Positions 28,936-38,603 of a stretch of DNA of 64,000 nt are shown here, piece after piece (the stretch's first letter is position 1; every line of letters begins with the position of its first letter). The stretch is taken from the NCBI GenBank assembly GCA_039111535.1, contig JBCCIM010000008.1, forward strand, positions 2,984 through 66,983, written 5' to 3'. A program made the position numbers and the translations under genes. The notes beneath the pieces were generated by a model that made no database searches, had not been told where the DNA came from, and saw only the letters and a list, made by a program, of their open reading frames with translations. Source of the DNA: Bacteroidota bacterium (GTDB lineage: Bacteria; Bacteroidota; Rhodothermia; Rhodothermales; JAHQVL01).

Positions 28936-31458
28936 TTAGAAATTAAACTTTCTGCCAATCGAGAATTGGAGGCCCCAGGATGAAGCACCGGAACTGCTGC
29001 TGCCGGCTGGCGGCACATAGCGATCCAGGTTTCGACCATAAACTATTTCCAGTAGGCCTAGCATCGGAAGTTGGGCGCGCATGCCAAAGCCGGCCGACCG
29101 GAGCAGCCCCTTCACGCTAACCGCTTCAGCATCGTTCCACGTATTGGCAGCATCAAAAAAGGCATAGGGCATTAGCTGCAACTGGGGTTGCTGAACAGCC
29201 ATCCAGCGAAATTCAGACGTGTACTTGGTCAGAAAACGGGCACCCGTTACATTTTCCTCTGTTGGGTCCTCGAAAGCGCCCAAGGGATATCCGCGCAGGT
29301 ACACTACATCGGTCCCAAGAATAGGCGTAGTGCCCAAGCCTTGCGCATCCAGCGGCGATCCGCCAAGCACAAAGCGCTCAAAGTTTACAGGCTGGCCATT
29401 AAGTGCGCCAATGTACCCCAATTCTGTACCCGCATTAAGCGAAAGCCGACCGTTGCTGGTGAGCGGTAAATTCCAACTCGACTGAAACCGCCACTTGTGG
29501 TACTGTACAAATCCATCTACAGGCAGCCCGACTTCACCAGAGAGCCGGTGATGCACGCCCCGCGAAGCAAAAATGGGATGGTTGGTTGTGTTGTGACTGA
29601 TAAACTGCGTTAATGCCAGTTGCTGGTTTTTCCCTTGCGGCAGCTCTTCATAGATGCTGTTTTTGAAAGATCGGTATTCGACAGACGTGCCAATGTCAAA
29701 AAACGGACTGGGCCACCGGAGCCGGCGGTCGTGGAATAGGCGTGTAGCAAACGTATTGAAGCTACCGGTCAAATCAGACGCAACGGCTGCGCCAGCGATG
29801 TGGGTATACGATACATCAAAGCCCAGCGGCGCCGGCTTGCCCCTGAACCATGGCTCTGTGAAATTGAATCCGTACTGCTGGTAATTCGCGCCGTTTGCCT
29901 GCACGTTGAAACCAATTTGCTGCCCATCGCCTGACGGCAACGGTTGCCATGCGCCTTTTTGCAGGGCTTTTTGCAGCGAGAAATTGTTGAATGCCATGTT
30001 AACGCCCAGCACCAGACCAAACTGCCCCACGCTGCCCGTGATCTGGGGACGTGGGAAATTGGCCTCTTCGATGTCGTAGCGCAGGTTAACCCGTTTATTT
30101 TCATCGTCAACGGTTACGCCTGGTCCTTGCTTGAGGGTTTGCTGGCTCACGTGCCCTGATTGCATCAGCCGGCGAATCGACTCCTGAATAGCGGCCCGGC
30201 TGAACTGCTCACCAGGAATGCTATACAGTTCGCGCCGCACAACGTGGTCGTTCGTCGTGTGATTGCCTGTAATTTCAATATCACCAAAAACGTACGGCTC
30301 TCCTTCCTGTACTTCAAAAACAAGATCAAGTTTGTTGCCGGCCACCACCGTGATACTGGGCTGCACCCCAAACCGCATATAGCCCAGGTTCATGTAGCGG
30401 CTGGATACATCCCGACTCCCTCCATTTCCATACAGATTTTCTTCTAGTTTCGAGAGATTGTATACGTCGCCGGGCGCCACATCCAGCCATACATTCAAGG
30501 CCTCGTCCGCAAACAGTGTATTGCCTTCCCAGGTAACCGAATTGATGGTATACCGGGGGCCCTCGAATACGGTCAATGCAACATTGAGGCCTGGTTTGTC
30601 TGCATCAGACACCAGCCATACCGAATCACTCAGCACCCGGGCATCATAAAATCCTTTCCCATGGAGAAAGGTGAGTACCCGCTCCTGGTCCATTTTAAAT
30701 TGCTTTTCGTCAAACCGTCCCTTGTCCCAAAATTTCCACCAAGTACGCTGCGAAGTTTCCATGGCGCGCCGGATCTCACGATCACTCACTTCCTCGTTGC
30801 CTTCGATGGAGATGTTTTTAATGCGTACTACTGGCCCCGTCGAGATGTTGAACTCGATGTCAACGGTACCATCTTCTTTTGGTGTCTGGACAGCTTCAAC
30901 CTCTGCCAAATGGTACCCTTTTTCGCGCAGCTCGCGTTTGATGGTCCAGCGGGCACGATCAATGTCTGCCGGCCTTACAGTTGCGGTAAAATGCAGCGGT
31001 AGTAATCGGCGAAGGTGTTTCTCTTCTTTGGGTGAGATGCCAGTAAAGTGGTAACGGTCCAGTTTGGGGTAGGGAATCACATGAATTTCTACATGCAAAC
31101 CATCGGTAGAATCCGCCTTTCTGATCTCCACATGTGAAAACTGTTCTAGCCGGTAAATGGCGCGTATGGCAACAGCAAATGCAGGGTCATTGGGCAGCAC
31201 CACACGCTGCCCTTTTCGGAGTCCGCTTGCGCTCAAGAGGAAGTTCTTGAGGCGCTCGTCGTCAATGCCAGAAACCGTGATGCGCTCAATTTCTGAAGGC
31301 GGAACGGAGGTGTAACCCGTTTGCGCAACAGGTTGTGCAACCGGTTGGGCAATGAGCATCGGAGGAGATACCGCCGGCAGTGCCAGAAACGCTATCGTAA
31401 GCAGGAAAACGCTAAATACGTGCATGCAAAGACGTCTTAGAATGGTTGTTTGATACAA
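28936..31458 (-). CDS. bamA: Omp85-family outer-membrane protein assembly factor (five POTRA + barrel), possibly a paralog
   Basis: POTRA starts (IERITVSG, LDRYHFTG, IKNISIEGN, INSVTWEGN, FGDIEITGN), VVRREL, loop-6 YLRGY, C-terminal FSIGRKFNF. Confidence 0.88.
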   Translation of the reverse strand: MYQTTILRRLCMHVFSVFLLTIAFLALPAVSPPMLIAQPVAQPVAQTGYTSVPPSEIERITVSGIDDERLKNFLLSASGLRKGQRVVLPNDPAFAVAIRAIYRLEQFSHVEIRKADSTDGLHVEIHVIPYPKLDRYHFTGISPKEEKHLRRLLPLHFTATVRPADIDRARWTIKRELREKGYHLAEVEAVQTPKEDGTVDIEFNISTGPVVRIKNISIEGNEEVSDREIRRAMETSQRTWWKFWDKGRFDEKQFKMDQERVLTFLHGKGFYDARVLSDSVWLVSDADKPGLNVALTVFEGPRYTINSVTWEGNTLFADEALNVWLDVAPGDVYNLSKLEENLYGNGGSRDVSSRYMNLGYMRFGVQPSITVVAGNKLDLVFEVQEGEPYVFGDIEITGNHTTNDHVVRRELYSIPGEQFSRAAIQESIRRLMQSGHVSQQTLKQGPGVTVDDENKRVNLRYDIEEANFPRPQITGSVGQFGLVLGVNMAFNNFSLQKALQKGAWQPLPSGDGQQIGFNVQANGANYQQYGFNFTEPWFRGKPAPLGFDVSYTHIAGAAVASDLTGSFNTFATRLFHDRRLRWPSPFFDIGTSVEYRSFKNSIYEELPQGKNQQLALTQFISHNTTNHPIFASRGVHHRLSGEVGLPVDGFVQYHKWRFQSSWNLPLTSNGRLSLNAGTELGYIGALNGQPVNFERFVLGGSPLDAQGLGTTPILGTDVVYLRGYPLGAFEDPTEENVTGARFLTKYTSEFRWMAVQQPQLQLMPYAFFDAANTWNDAEAVSVKGLLRSAGFGMRAQLPMLGLLEIVYGRNLDRYVPPAGSSSSGASSWGLQFSIGRKFNF

Positions 31459-31617
31459 CCCAACGCTTCACGCGGCAACTGGCAAGAGTCGCATTAAAAG
31501 CCACACATCGGGTTATACAGGATGAGCCACGTGTGTAACCACGCGGGGGCATGGTTCACTCCTGTTTTCCCTAAACGGCTAATGCGTTGCTTTTATTGTT
31601 TAAATCTGGCGGGTAAC

Positions 31618-32754
31618 TCAGTCTACGCCGTGCAGGGTCTCTTTGATCAGCATATCAACCACAACCTTGAGCGCTTGCTGGTGGTCAGCGCCGGCAGACT
31701 TCGCCTCCTGATACGCTTTTAACTGCCAGTGCGCACTGGTGCCTTGCCCAAGGATTGTACGGGCATGACGAACTTCTGCAACGCAATCAAAAAACTCGGC
31801 GTCTTCCTGGATATGGTCGAGCAACTCGTCAAGCAGTCTTGCATACGGCGTGATGGTGCCATGACCGTAATCAATCAATCCTTTTTCAAAGCCATAACGC
31901 TGCGCGCGCCACCGGTTTTCGTTGAGCAGCAAGTTGGCATAGGTGCGCCAACGCTGGTTGTTTACACGGAGACGGTACAGCATCCGGAGCCAGCAGCGGT
32001 AAAGGGCCGCGATGCAGATGCCATCTTCCAAATGGGTGCAGATGTCAGCCACGCGCATCTCCAGCGTAGGGAAGCGCATGCTCGGGCGGATGTCCCACCA
32101 AACCTTGGAGCTATCTTCAATAACGCCAGCATCCACCAGCACATCGACATGCCGATGGTATTCGGCGAAACTTGCAAAGTGTTCTGGGAGCCCGGTACGG
32201 GGCAGTTCATTCCAAACAGCGATGCGATATGACATCAAGCCCGTGTTATCGCCCTCCCAAAACGGAGAAGATGTACTAATCGCCAGCAGATGGGGCAGGA
32301 TATAGCGCGTCTGGTCCATCATGTCGATGCGCAGGTCATCGTCTTCAATCCCTACGTGTACGTGCATCCCGCTAATTACCATGCGGCGGGCAACAGCCTG
32401 CATGTCGCGTGCGAGAATGGCGTATCGGTCTTTATCGGTGTGCTTCTGACTCTCTGTGCTTGTAAAAGGATGGGTAGAGGCCGCGATGATGGCCAGTCCA
32501 TGGCTTTGTGCAACATCGGAGACTGCGCGGCGCAGGCGCGACAATTCGCCGCGGGCTTCATCAAAGGTATTGCAAACCCGGGTACCCACTTCTATCTGCG
32601 ACTGAAAGAATTCGGGGGTTACCTGTTTTTCGAGAATGTCTTCGCACTCAGATAACATGGAAGGCGGCGCTTCCCGAATCAGGTTGCCTGTTGCCTGATC
32701 TACGAGGAGGTATTCTTCTTCAATACCAACACTAAAACTGGGTTCTTTCAGCAT
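31618..32754 (-). CDS. ybdK: carboxylate-amine ligase, glutamate--cysteine ligase family 2
   Basis: SVGIEEEY, PEFFQSQIEVGT, ISGMHVHVG, SSPFWEG, WWDIRP, TLEMRVAD; ATG at 32754. Confidence 0.92.
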   Translation of the reverse strand: MLKEPSFSVGIEEEYLLVDQATGNLIREAPPSMLSECEDILEKQVTPEFFQSQIEVGTRVCNTFDEARGELSRLRRAVSDVAQSHGLAIIAASTHPFTSTESQKHTDKDRYAILARDMQAVARRMVISGMHVHVGIEDDDLRIDMMDQTRYILPHLLAISTSSPFWEGDNTGLMSYRIAVWNELPRTGLPEHFASFAEYHRHVDVLVDAGVIEDSSKVWWDIRPSMRFPTLEMRVADICTHLEDGICIAALYRCWLRMLYRLRVNNQRWRTYANLLLNENRWRAQRYGFEKGLIDYGHGTITPYARLLDELLDHIQEDAEFFDCVAEVRHARTILGQGTSAHWQLKAYQEAKSAGADHQQALKVVVDMLIKETLHGVD

Positions 32755-32969
32755 GGACTCACAGGGTCTTGTTTGATACACACCGTGCTTCACCCTCGAT
32801 CGACGATGCGTAGCACAGAACTGGCTGGGGGAATAAATTTGGGTTAAGATACTGTTTTTTAAGAATTGTGCACAGCTGGGGTACTTGCCGGCGCTTCAAT
32901 TGCTTATTTGAGGCAACCTCGCGCCGTTGTCCTCATCAGCATGTAACCTGTTAGCCCCGTGTACAAAAT

Positions 32970-34184
32970 CTAATCGGCAGTATCAAAACTGACCGCATGG
33001 TCATCCAGTGCATTCCAGATGCCCCAGTAGATATCGTAGCTATTTTCTTTGTCAGAGTCGCTATTCAAAATCATTACCCTCCCAGTAAGGGTCTCTGAAT
33101 CAAAGAACATCAGGGTGTTTACCCCGGGGTCGCCACCGCTGTGTCCGATGTCATTGTACGCCAGATGCTTTTCGATGAACAGGCCGGCGTTAAATCCTTC
33201 TCGCCCGTCCAACTGCGTATCGCTCAACTGTGATGCAAACAGCGCTTCATACCCTTCCGAAGACAGCAACAGACCTCGGCCATTGTACCCCTGTATGAGT
33301 TCGGACAGGAAAAGACCAAGGTCCGTACTCGAAGAAATGAGCGCACCATCAGGATAGGACAGGATGGTGTAATACGGCAGTTCTTTATCGTCGAGGTACA
33401 GCTTTGAATAAGACGCCATGTCTACGTCTTCAAACCGCCAGCCGGTTGCAGACATACCAAGCGGTTCAAAAATATGCTGGGTGGTAAACGCATGAAATGG
33501 CATCTCGGCAGCTAACTCAATAACAAGCGCGCACAAAGCCGTCCCGATGTTGCTGTACTCAAACAGCGCCCCGGGCGCCCTGTCGGCGTACATACTGTCT
33601 GCATACCACACCTCTCCTGCTTGCAGGAGTTTACGCAGGTAATCGGCCAACGGCATCCATGCAGAGGAAGGGTTTTGGTAATACGACTTGTAGCGTTCCT
33701 GCAGCGCAGGCCCGATCGGTACATCGTCTTTGTTGATGTAGTCGGTTTCCAGGTATGTATCCCCATCAACAATTGAGCTGGTATGGGTAGCCAGGTGCCG
33801 CAGCGTGATGGGGACTTCCGGGTGCTTTGGGTTTGCGACAGTAAACGGCAGGTAATCACCTATCGGATCATCAAGGTCAAGCAGATTCAACTCCTGGGCT
33901 TTTAACAACGCTACGCCAACAAACACTTTGGAGACAGAAGCAATGTTGATGATTGTCTCTTCTGTATAGGGCCGGCCGGCCGCAACATCTGCAAAACCAA
34001 AACCACGGTTGTACAGCAGCCCATCTTCGTTTACAACAGCAACCGAGAACCCTCTATAAACATCTGCCTCGTACAGGCTGTCAAGCCTTGCTGTTAAAGA
34101 TTGCGACGTTGAATCAGGGACCTTGTTTTCTTTCTGGCAGGAAAACAGGAGCAACAACACGAGGACCAGCAGGCCTTTGTTCAT
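32970..34184 (-). CDS. serine hydrolase lipoprotein (class C beta-lactamase / PBP-like)
   Basis: Lipobox LFS-C, SVSK, LATHTSS, YSN, GHSGG; ATG at 34184. Confidence 0.88.
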   Translation of the reverse strand: MNKGLLVLVLLLLFSCQKENKVPDSTSQSLTARLDSLYEADVYRGFSVAVVNEDGLLYNRGFGFADVAAGRPYTEETIINIASVSKVFVGVALLKAQELNLLDLDDPIGDYLPFTVANPKHPEVPITLRHLATHTSSIVDGDTYLETDYINKDDVPIGPALQERYKSYYQNPSSAWMPLADYLRKLLQAGEVWYADSMYADRAPGALFEYSNIGTALCALVIELAAEMPFHAFTTQHIFEPLGMSATGWRFEDVDMASYSKLYLDDKELPYYTILSYPDGALISSSTDLGLFLSELIQGYNGRGLLLSSEGYEALFASQLSDTQLDGREGFNAGLFIEKHLAYNDIGHSGGDPGVNTLMFFDSETLTGRVMILNSDSDKENSYDIYWGIWNALDDHAVSFDTAD

Positions 34185-34331
34185 ATAACATCTGTGGGTG
34201 AGAATCGATAACAACTGTGGCAACACAACGGCCTCAAATGCCAAATGTTACAACCGGCTCACGCGTTATCTCTTGCAGGCGAAGCGCAGGTTCTATCTGC
34301 CATACAGGCTCATTTTATGAACCTGCCTGTT

Positions 34332-37025
34332 TCAACCGTTTCTTAACGTCTTCGTGGGATTTGCCAGGGTAGCTTTGATGGTATGATAGCTCACCGTTAA
34401 CCAGGCCAGCACCAGTGTTAGCGCGCCGGCGATCAGGAGTGTTTGCCAGCTTATGGCAATTCGGTATGCAAACCCATTTAACCAGACATGCATGGCATAA
34501 AATGCTACTGGCGCACTTAATACAAAAGCGATAACAACCAATAGCGTAAAGTCCTTCGACACCAGAAAAAGCACATTCGTATGTGATGCGCCCAACACTT
34601 TCCTGATGCCAATTTCTTTGGTACGCTTTGCCACCATATAACTTGCTAGCCCCAATAGCCCCAGGCATCCTATCACTATGGCAAGTAGCGTAAAGTAGCC
34701 GATCAAACGGCCAAATTGGGCATCTGCCTGGTACATTTGATCGTATTGGCTGTCAAGGAAACTGTATGTGAACGGATATGCGGGAGACAGGGTAGTCATG
34801 GTCTCTTGAAGAAAACCAAGCGTGCGGATTATGTCCTCTGTGCCGGCTTTAACGAACACACGTGAATAATCACCGGGGTCAAGATACAGGGCAAGCGGCG
34901 CCACTTTCTGGCGAAATGACTGAAAATTAAAATCTCTCATTACACCAACAATATGGTGATCTGTGCCATTCAGCGTAAGGGACCGCCCTACAGCCTCATT
35001 CCATCCGAGTTGTTTTCTCAGCGTTTCATTGATCAGTAAACCCTGTTTTTGGTCAGTAACAATGGCGGCTGAAAAGTCGCGGCCTTCTGTTAGATCAACC
35101 CCAAACATGTCCAGATATCCGTAATGGATATTTGAATGGTATACGGAAACCTCCTGCCCCTCTGCAGCGCCTTGCCACGCGCGCGTATCAGATTGCGCAT
35201 CGATGTAGATTGGATCATGGTGAGACGCAGAGACCGACAATACGCTGGCATCTGCTTGCAAGGCCTCCTTCACTGTGGTGATTCGTCCCCGCAAGTTCGG
35301 ATCGTTGATTTCAATAGAAATGACCTGTTCTCGATCAATCCCTGTCTCTGCTCCCTGAATAAAGCTTAATTGCTGCCAAATGACGAGGGTACCAATGATG
35401 AGTACAATCGTGATCGAGAACTGAACAACCACAAGCACATTGCGCACACGGTAGCGGGCCAGGTATTGGCTTAATTTTCCCTTCATCATATGAACAGGAT
35501 GCAGCATTGAAAGCCGAAATGCGGGATAACTACCAGCAAGTATGCCTACACCAAGCCCAATGGCAACCAACAGGACCAAGAGCATGCTGTTGTCTGCCAG
35601 GGAAATACTACGGGAAGTCAACGTGTTGAATGCCGGCAATAGCACAACGAGGAGCACCAGCGCGAGGATAAGTGCAAGGATGGCCGGCAAAAGCGCCTCT
35701 CCCATAAACTGGCCGATGAGTTGCTTTCGGCTCGCCCCAATCGCTTTTCTAACCCCAAATTCTCTGGCACGAACCAGCGAGCGGGCAATTGAAAGGTTAA
35801 CGTAATTTATACCGGCAACAAGCAATACGAGCAACGCAATGCCCAGAAAAAGAAATACGTACCTGATATCTCCGTTTGCCCCAAACTCGGAATTGATAGT
35901 AGACCGCAAATGAATGTCGGTCAGTGCCTGCGGGAAATGAGATACAATTTCTTCCGGATGATTTTCTGCGGACGCATCTGGTGCCAGGTGTTGTTTTGCA
36001 ACAACGGCAAGCTTGCTTTTAAAATGCTCCAGTGAAAACCCGGAATGTAATGCTGCATACGTGAAGTAATTGCTATTATCCCATTGGTCGATATGCCTGG
36101 CATAGTCAGCTGACGACGACATGGATATTATGTAATCGAAAGATAGATGGGTATTTGCTGGTATGTCAGCCATAACGCCCACCACTTGCATATCAACGCC
36201 GACAGGTGGTGGTGTTGACCACCAGGGTGCAGAAGGCGTAAAGGTCAACAATTGCCCAATGGGATTGGCCGCACCAAAGTATTTCTGCGCTAAAGACGCA
36301 GTAAGTATAACGGTATTAGGGTCAGTGAGTGCTTTACCTCGATCTCCTTGTATGATGGGAAAGCTGAATACATCGAAGAATTGTGGGGTCGCATAAATGC
36401 CATTTTCGTAAAACTGCTTTCCATCGTGTGTGAGCAGTGCTTTAACTTTACGCAACTGGGTTGCAACGTCGACTTCGGGAAACGCTTCTTCCAGTGCTCT
36501 TAAAAGCGGAGCCGGCGTATCTGTATACTGGTTGCTGCCGAGGTAGTAACCCGTCGGATCTACTTCTGCGACTCTATAAATACGGTCTGCTTTTTCGTGG
36601 AAGTCGTCGTAGCCAAATTCGTATCTGACAAACAGGCTAATCAGGATAAAGCACGTTAACCCGATTGCAAATCCGAATATGTTAATAAACCCATAAACGC
36701 GCTCTTTTTTGAGGGTACGCAGCGCTGTTTTGAGGTAGCTTTTGAGCATCGACACACGCCAACTGAGCTCCGGAAGCAGCCGCCGTTCGCGTTTCACTTT
36801 GCCCCAGAATACTTTCTGGTATTCTCGTTCAACGTTACCGTACGAACCCGTGCGTTTGATAGCAATCTGGAATGCCTCCTGTACAGAGGTGCCGGCATCA
36901 ACAAGTGTTTTAATTCTTTCGCGCAAACCATTCTCCAGCTCTTCAATGTCTTCTGCTGAGAATGCCGCGTTCACCTCGTACGGGCGCCGCCAAACTGCCA
37001 GAGATTTTTCTAGATCGAAAGCCAT
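34332..37025 (-). CDS. MacB/FtsX-like duplicated ABC transporter permease with N-terminal prefix domain
   Basis: N-terminal DIEELENGLRERI prefix, LKSYLKTALR, REFGVRKAIGASR and RTKEIGIRKVLGAS repeats, TIKATLANP. Confidence 0.92.
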   Translation of the reverse strand: MAFDLEKSLAVWRRPYEVNAAFSAEDIEELENGLRERIKTLVDAGTSVQEAFQIAIKRTGSYGNVEREYQKVFWGKVKRERRLLPELSWRVSMLKSYLKTALRTLKKERVYGFINIFGFAIGLTCFILISLFVRYEFGYDDFHEKADRIYRVAEVDPTGYYLGSNQYTDTPAPLLRALEEAFPEVDVATQLRKVKALLTHDGKQFYENGIYATPQFFDVFSFPIIQGDRGKALTDPNTVILTASLAQKYFGAANPIGQLLTFTPSAPWWSTPPPVGVDMQVVGVMADIPANTHLSFDYIISMSSSADYARHIDQWDNSNYFTYAALHSGFSLEHFKSKLAVVAKQHLAPDASAENHPEEIVSHFPQALTDIHLRSTINSEFGANGDIRYVFLFLGIALLVLLVAGINYVNLSIARSLVRAREFGVRKAIGASRKQLIGQFMGEALLPAILALILALVLLVVLLPAFNTLTSRSISLADNSMLLVLLVAIGLGVGILAGSYPAFRLSMLHPVHMMKGKLSQYLARYRVRNVLVVVQFSITIVLIIGTLVIWQQLSFIQGAETGIDREQVISIEINDPNLRGRITTVKEALQADASVLSVSASHHDPIYIDAQSDTRAWQGAAEGQEVSVYHSNIHYGYLDMFGVDLTEGRDFSAAIVTDQKQGLLINETLRKQLGWNEAVGRSLTLNGTDHHIVGVMRDFNFQSFRQKVAPLALYLDPGDYSRVFVKAGTEDIIRTLGFLQETMTTLSPAYPFTYSFLDSQYDQMYQADAQFGRLIGYFTLLAIVIGCLGLLGLASYMVAKRTKEIGIRKVLGASHTNVLFLVSKDFTLLVVIAFVLSAPVAFYAMHVWLNGFAYRIAISWQTLLIAGALTLVLAWLTVSYHTIKATLANPTKTLRNG

Positions 37026-37030
37026 GATAT

Positions 37031-37150
37031 TATATCGATATACGCGGTTGTAGCCTTCACAGATGCGCCAGCGCGCCCAAACATCAACATACTTGCGCCA
37101 GCTTATACCTGGATGATACAGGTAATTTAGACAATTACACCTGGATCATC
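37031..37150. promoter_or_regulatory. 12-bp perfect palindrome and a long imperfect inverted repeat in the divergent permease/hydrolase promoter
   Basis: TATATCGATATA at 37031-37042; GATGATACAGGTAATT (37112-27) / AATTACACCTGGATCATC (37133-50). Confidence 0.4.
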
Positions 37151-37296
37151 AAGCCATACAAACTCAAGAGCGACTAAAACTGGAGCGTATTGCGTCTTGC
37201 CTGTACATAGCTGATCTTTTTTCATGCAACTTACGTAGGGGTATGCTAAACACAGCGCGCCCAAGCACCTGGCCTGGTAAAGTTAAAAACCATTTC

Positions 37297-38436
37297 ATGA
37301 AACAGATCTTCCTTTTACTTGCTGCTTTTGTAGTGGCTGCCTGTACGCAACCAACCCCGCAACAGGCCCCAGAACCCATATCCGACATCCCGCTTGGTGA
37401 AAACCAGGAAACTGCAATAAGCAATCTGATGGAGACCCACAAAGCCCCATCACTTGCCATTGGAATCATTAAAAATGGCGTACTTACGGGCACAAGGTAC
37501 TTTGGCGAACAGGCACCCGGCGTCCCTTTGTCTGCACAGTCCATGTTCAACACCGCGTCCGTTCACAAAGCAATTACTGCAGAGACGGTCATACGGCTCG
37601 TTGAAAAGGGGCTGATCAATCTGGATGAACCACTGTCACCGCATTATGTGCATCCGGATATCGCAGCAGACCCCAGGCATGAAAAGCTGACACCACGCAT
37701 CGTACTGACCCACAAAACGGGATTTCGCAATTGGCCTTATGAATATGATGATGGCAAGCTGGCTTTCGACAACGATCCCGGAGAAGCCTACGGCTATTCT
37801 GGCATAGGCTTCATGATTCTTGCGCGCGCCATTGAGGCGAAACTGGAAAAGCCTTGGCCGCAGATTGTGCGGGAAGAAATTTACAACCCGCTTGGCATGG
37901 TAGAGGCGACTACCATCCAGGAGCCGTGGATGGCCGGCAACTATGTCATTCCGGTTGATGAAAAAGGAGCGTTTAAAACTGATTTTGAACTGGCTTATGG
38001 CTATTGGAATGCTGCTGATGACCTCTACATAACCGTAAAAGACATGGCTAAATTCCTGATTGCCGTTCTGAAGAATCAGGGTATAAGCGACGCGCTGGCC
38101 GCGGAGCGCATACGCGTGCAAAGTGACCTCACAAATAACCCGATATGGGGATGTGATGGCGTTGTTGACCCCTGCCCCGCACCATACGGTCACGGCCTCG
38201 GCTGGTTTGTGTTTGGCTATGACGGCAATATCAATGTGCAGCATGGCGGCAATGACCGGTCTGAAGCTGCCATCGCCTATATCGAATTGCAGACGGGCGA
38301 TGGCGCCATAGTCTTTGTCAATTCACCACAAGGGGTATTGCTGTGGCCCAAGGTCGTGGAAATTGTGGATGAGCAGCAGCAGTTTACGCCGGTGTTCAAT
38401 CATATTATTGCCAAGTTTTTGACGCCTGAGGAGTGA
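37297..38436 (+). CDS. serine hydrolase lipoprotein (beta-lactamase family)
   Basis: Lipobox VAA-C, SVHK, LTHKTG, YSG, QHGG; ATG at 37297. Confidence 0.88.
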   Translation: MKQIFLLLAAFVVAACTQPTPQQAPEPISDIPLGENQETAISNLMETHKAPSLAIGIIKNGVLTGTRYFGEQAPGVPLSAQSMFNTASVHKAITAETVIRLVEKGLINLDEPLSPHYVHPDIAADPRHEKLTPRIVLTHKTGFRNWPYEYDDGKLAFDNDPGEAYGYSGIGFMILARAIEAKLEKPWPQIVREEIYNPLGMVEATTIQEPWMAGNYVIPVDEKGAFKTDFELAYGYWNAADDLYITVKDMAKFLIAVLKNQGISDALAAERIRVQSDLTNNPIWGCDGVVDPCPAPYGHGLGWFVFGYDGNINVQHGGNDRSEAAIAYIELQTGDGAIVFVNSPQGVLLWPKVVEIVDEQQQFTPVFNHIIAKFLTPEE

Positions 38437-38506
38437 GGAGTGAGGAGTGAGGAGTGAGGAGTGAGGAGTGAGGAGTGAGGAGTGAGGAGTGAGGAGTGAG
38501 GAGTGA
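38427..38506. repeat. perfect heptamer microsatellite (TGAGGAG)x11 + TGA
   Basis: Directly visible; the first unit encodes the end of the hydrolase (PEE) and the stop codon TGA is the start of unit 2. Confidence 0.97.
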
Positions 38507-38603
38507 AATTTAGTTTTTTGGGGGGGCTTTAGGCGAAAAGAGTGCAGAAAGGCGTCTGCAGTTGGCAAATTCATCCTTTCTTTTCCTTTTGCTTTTTTTG
38601 ACT

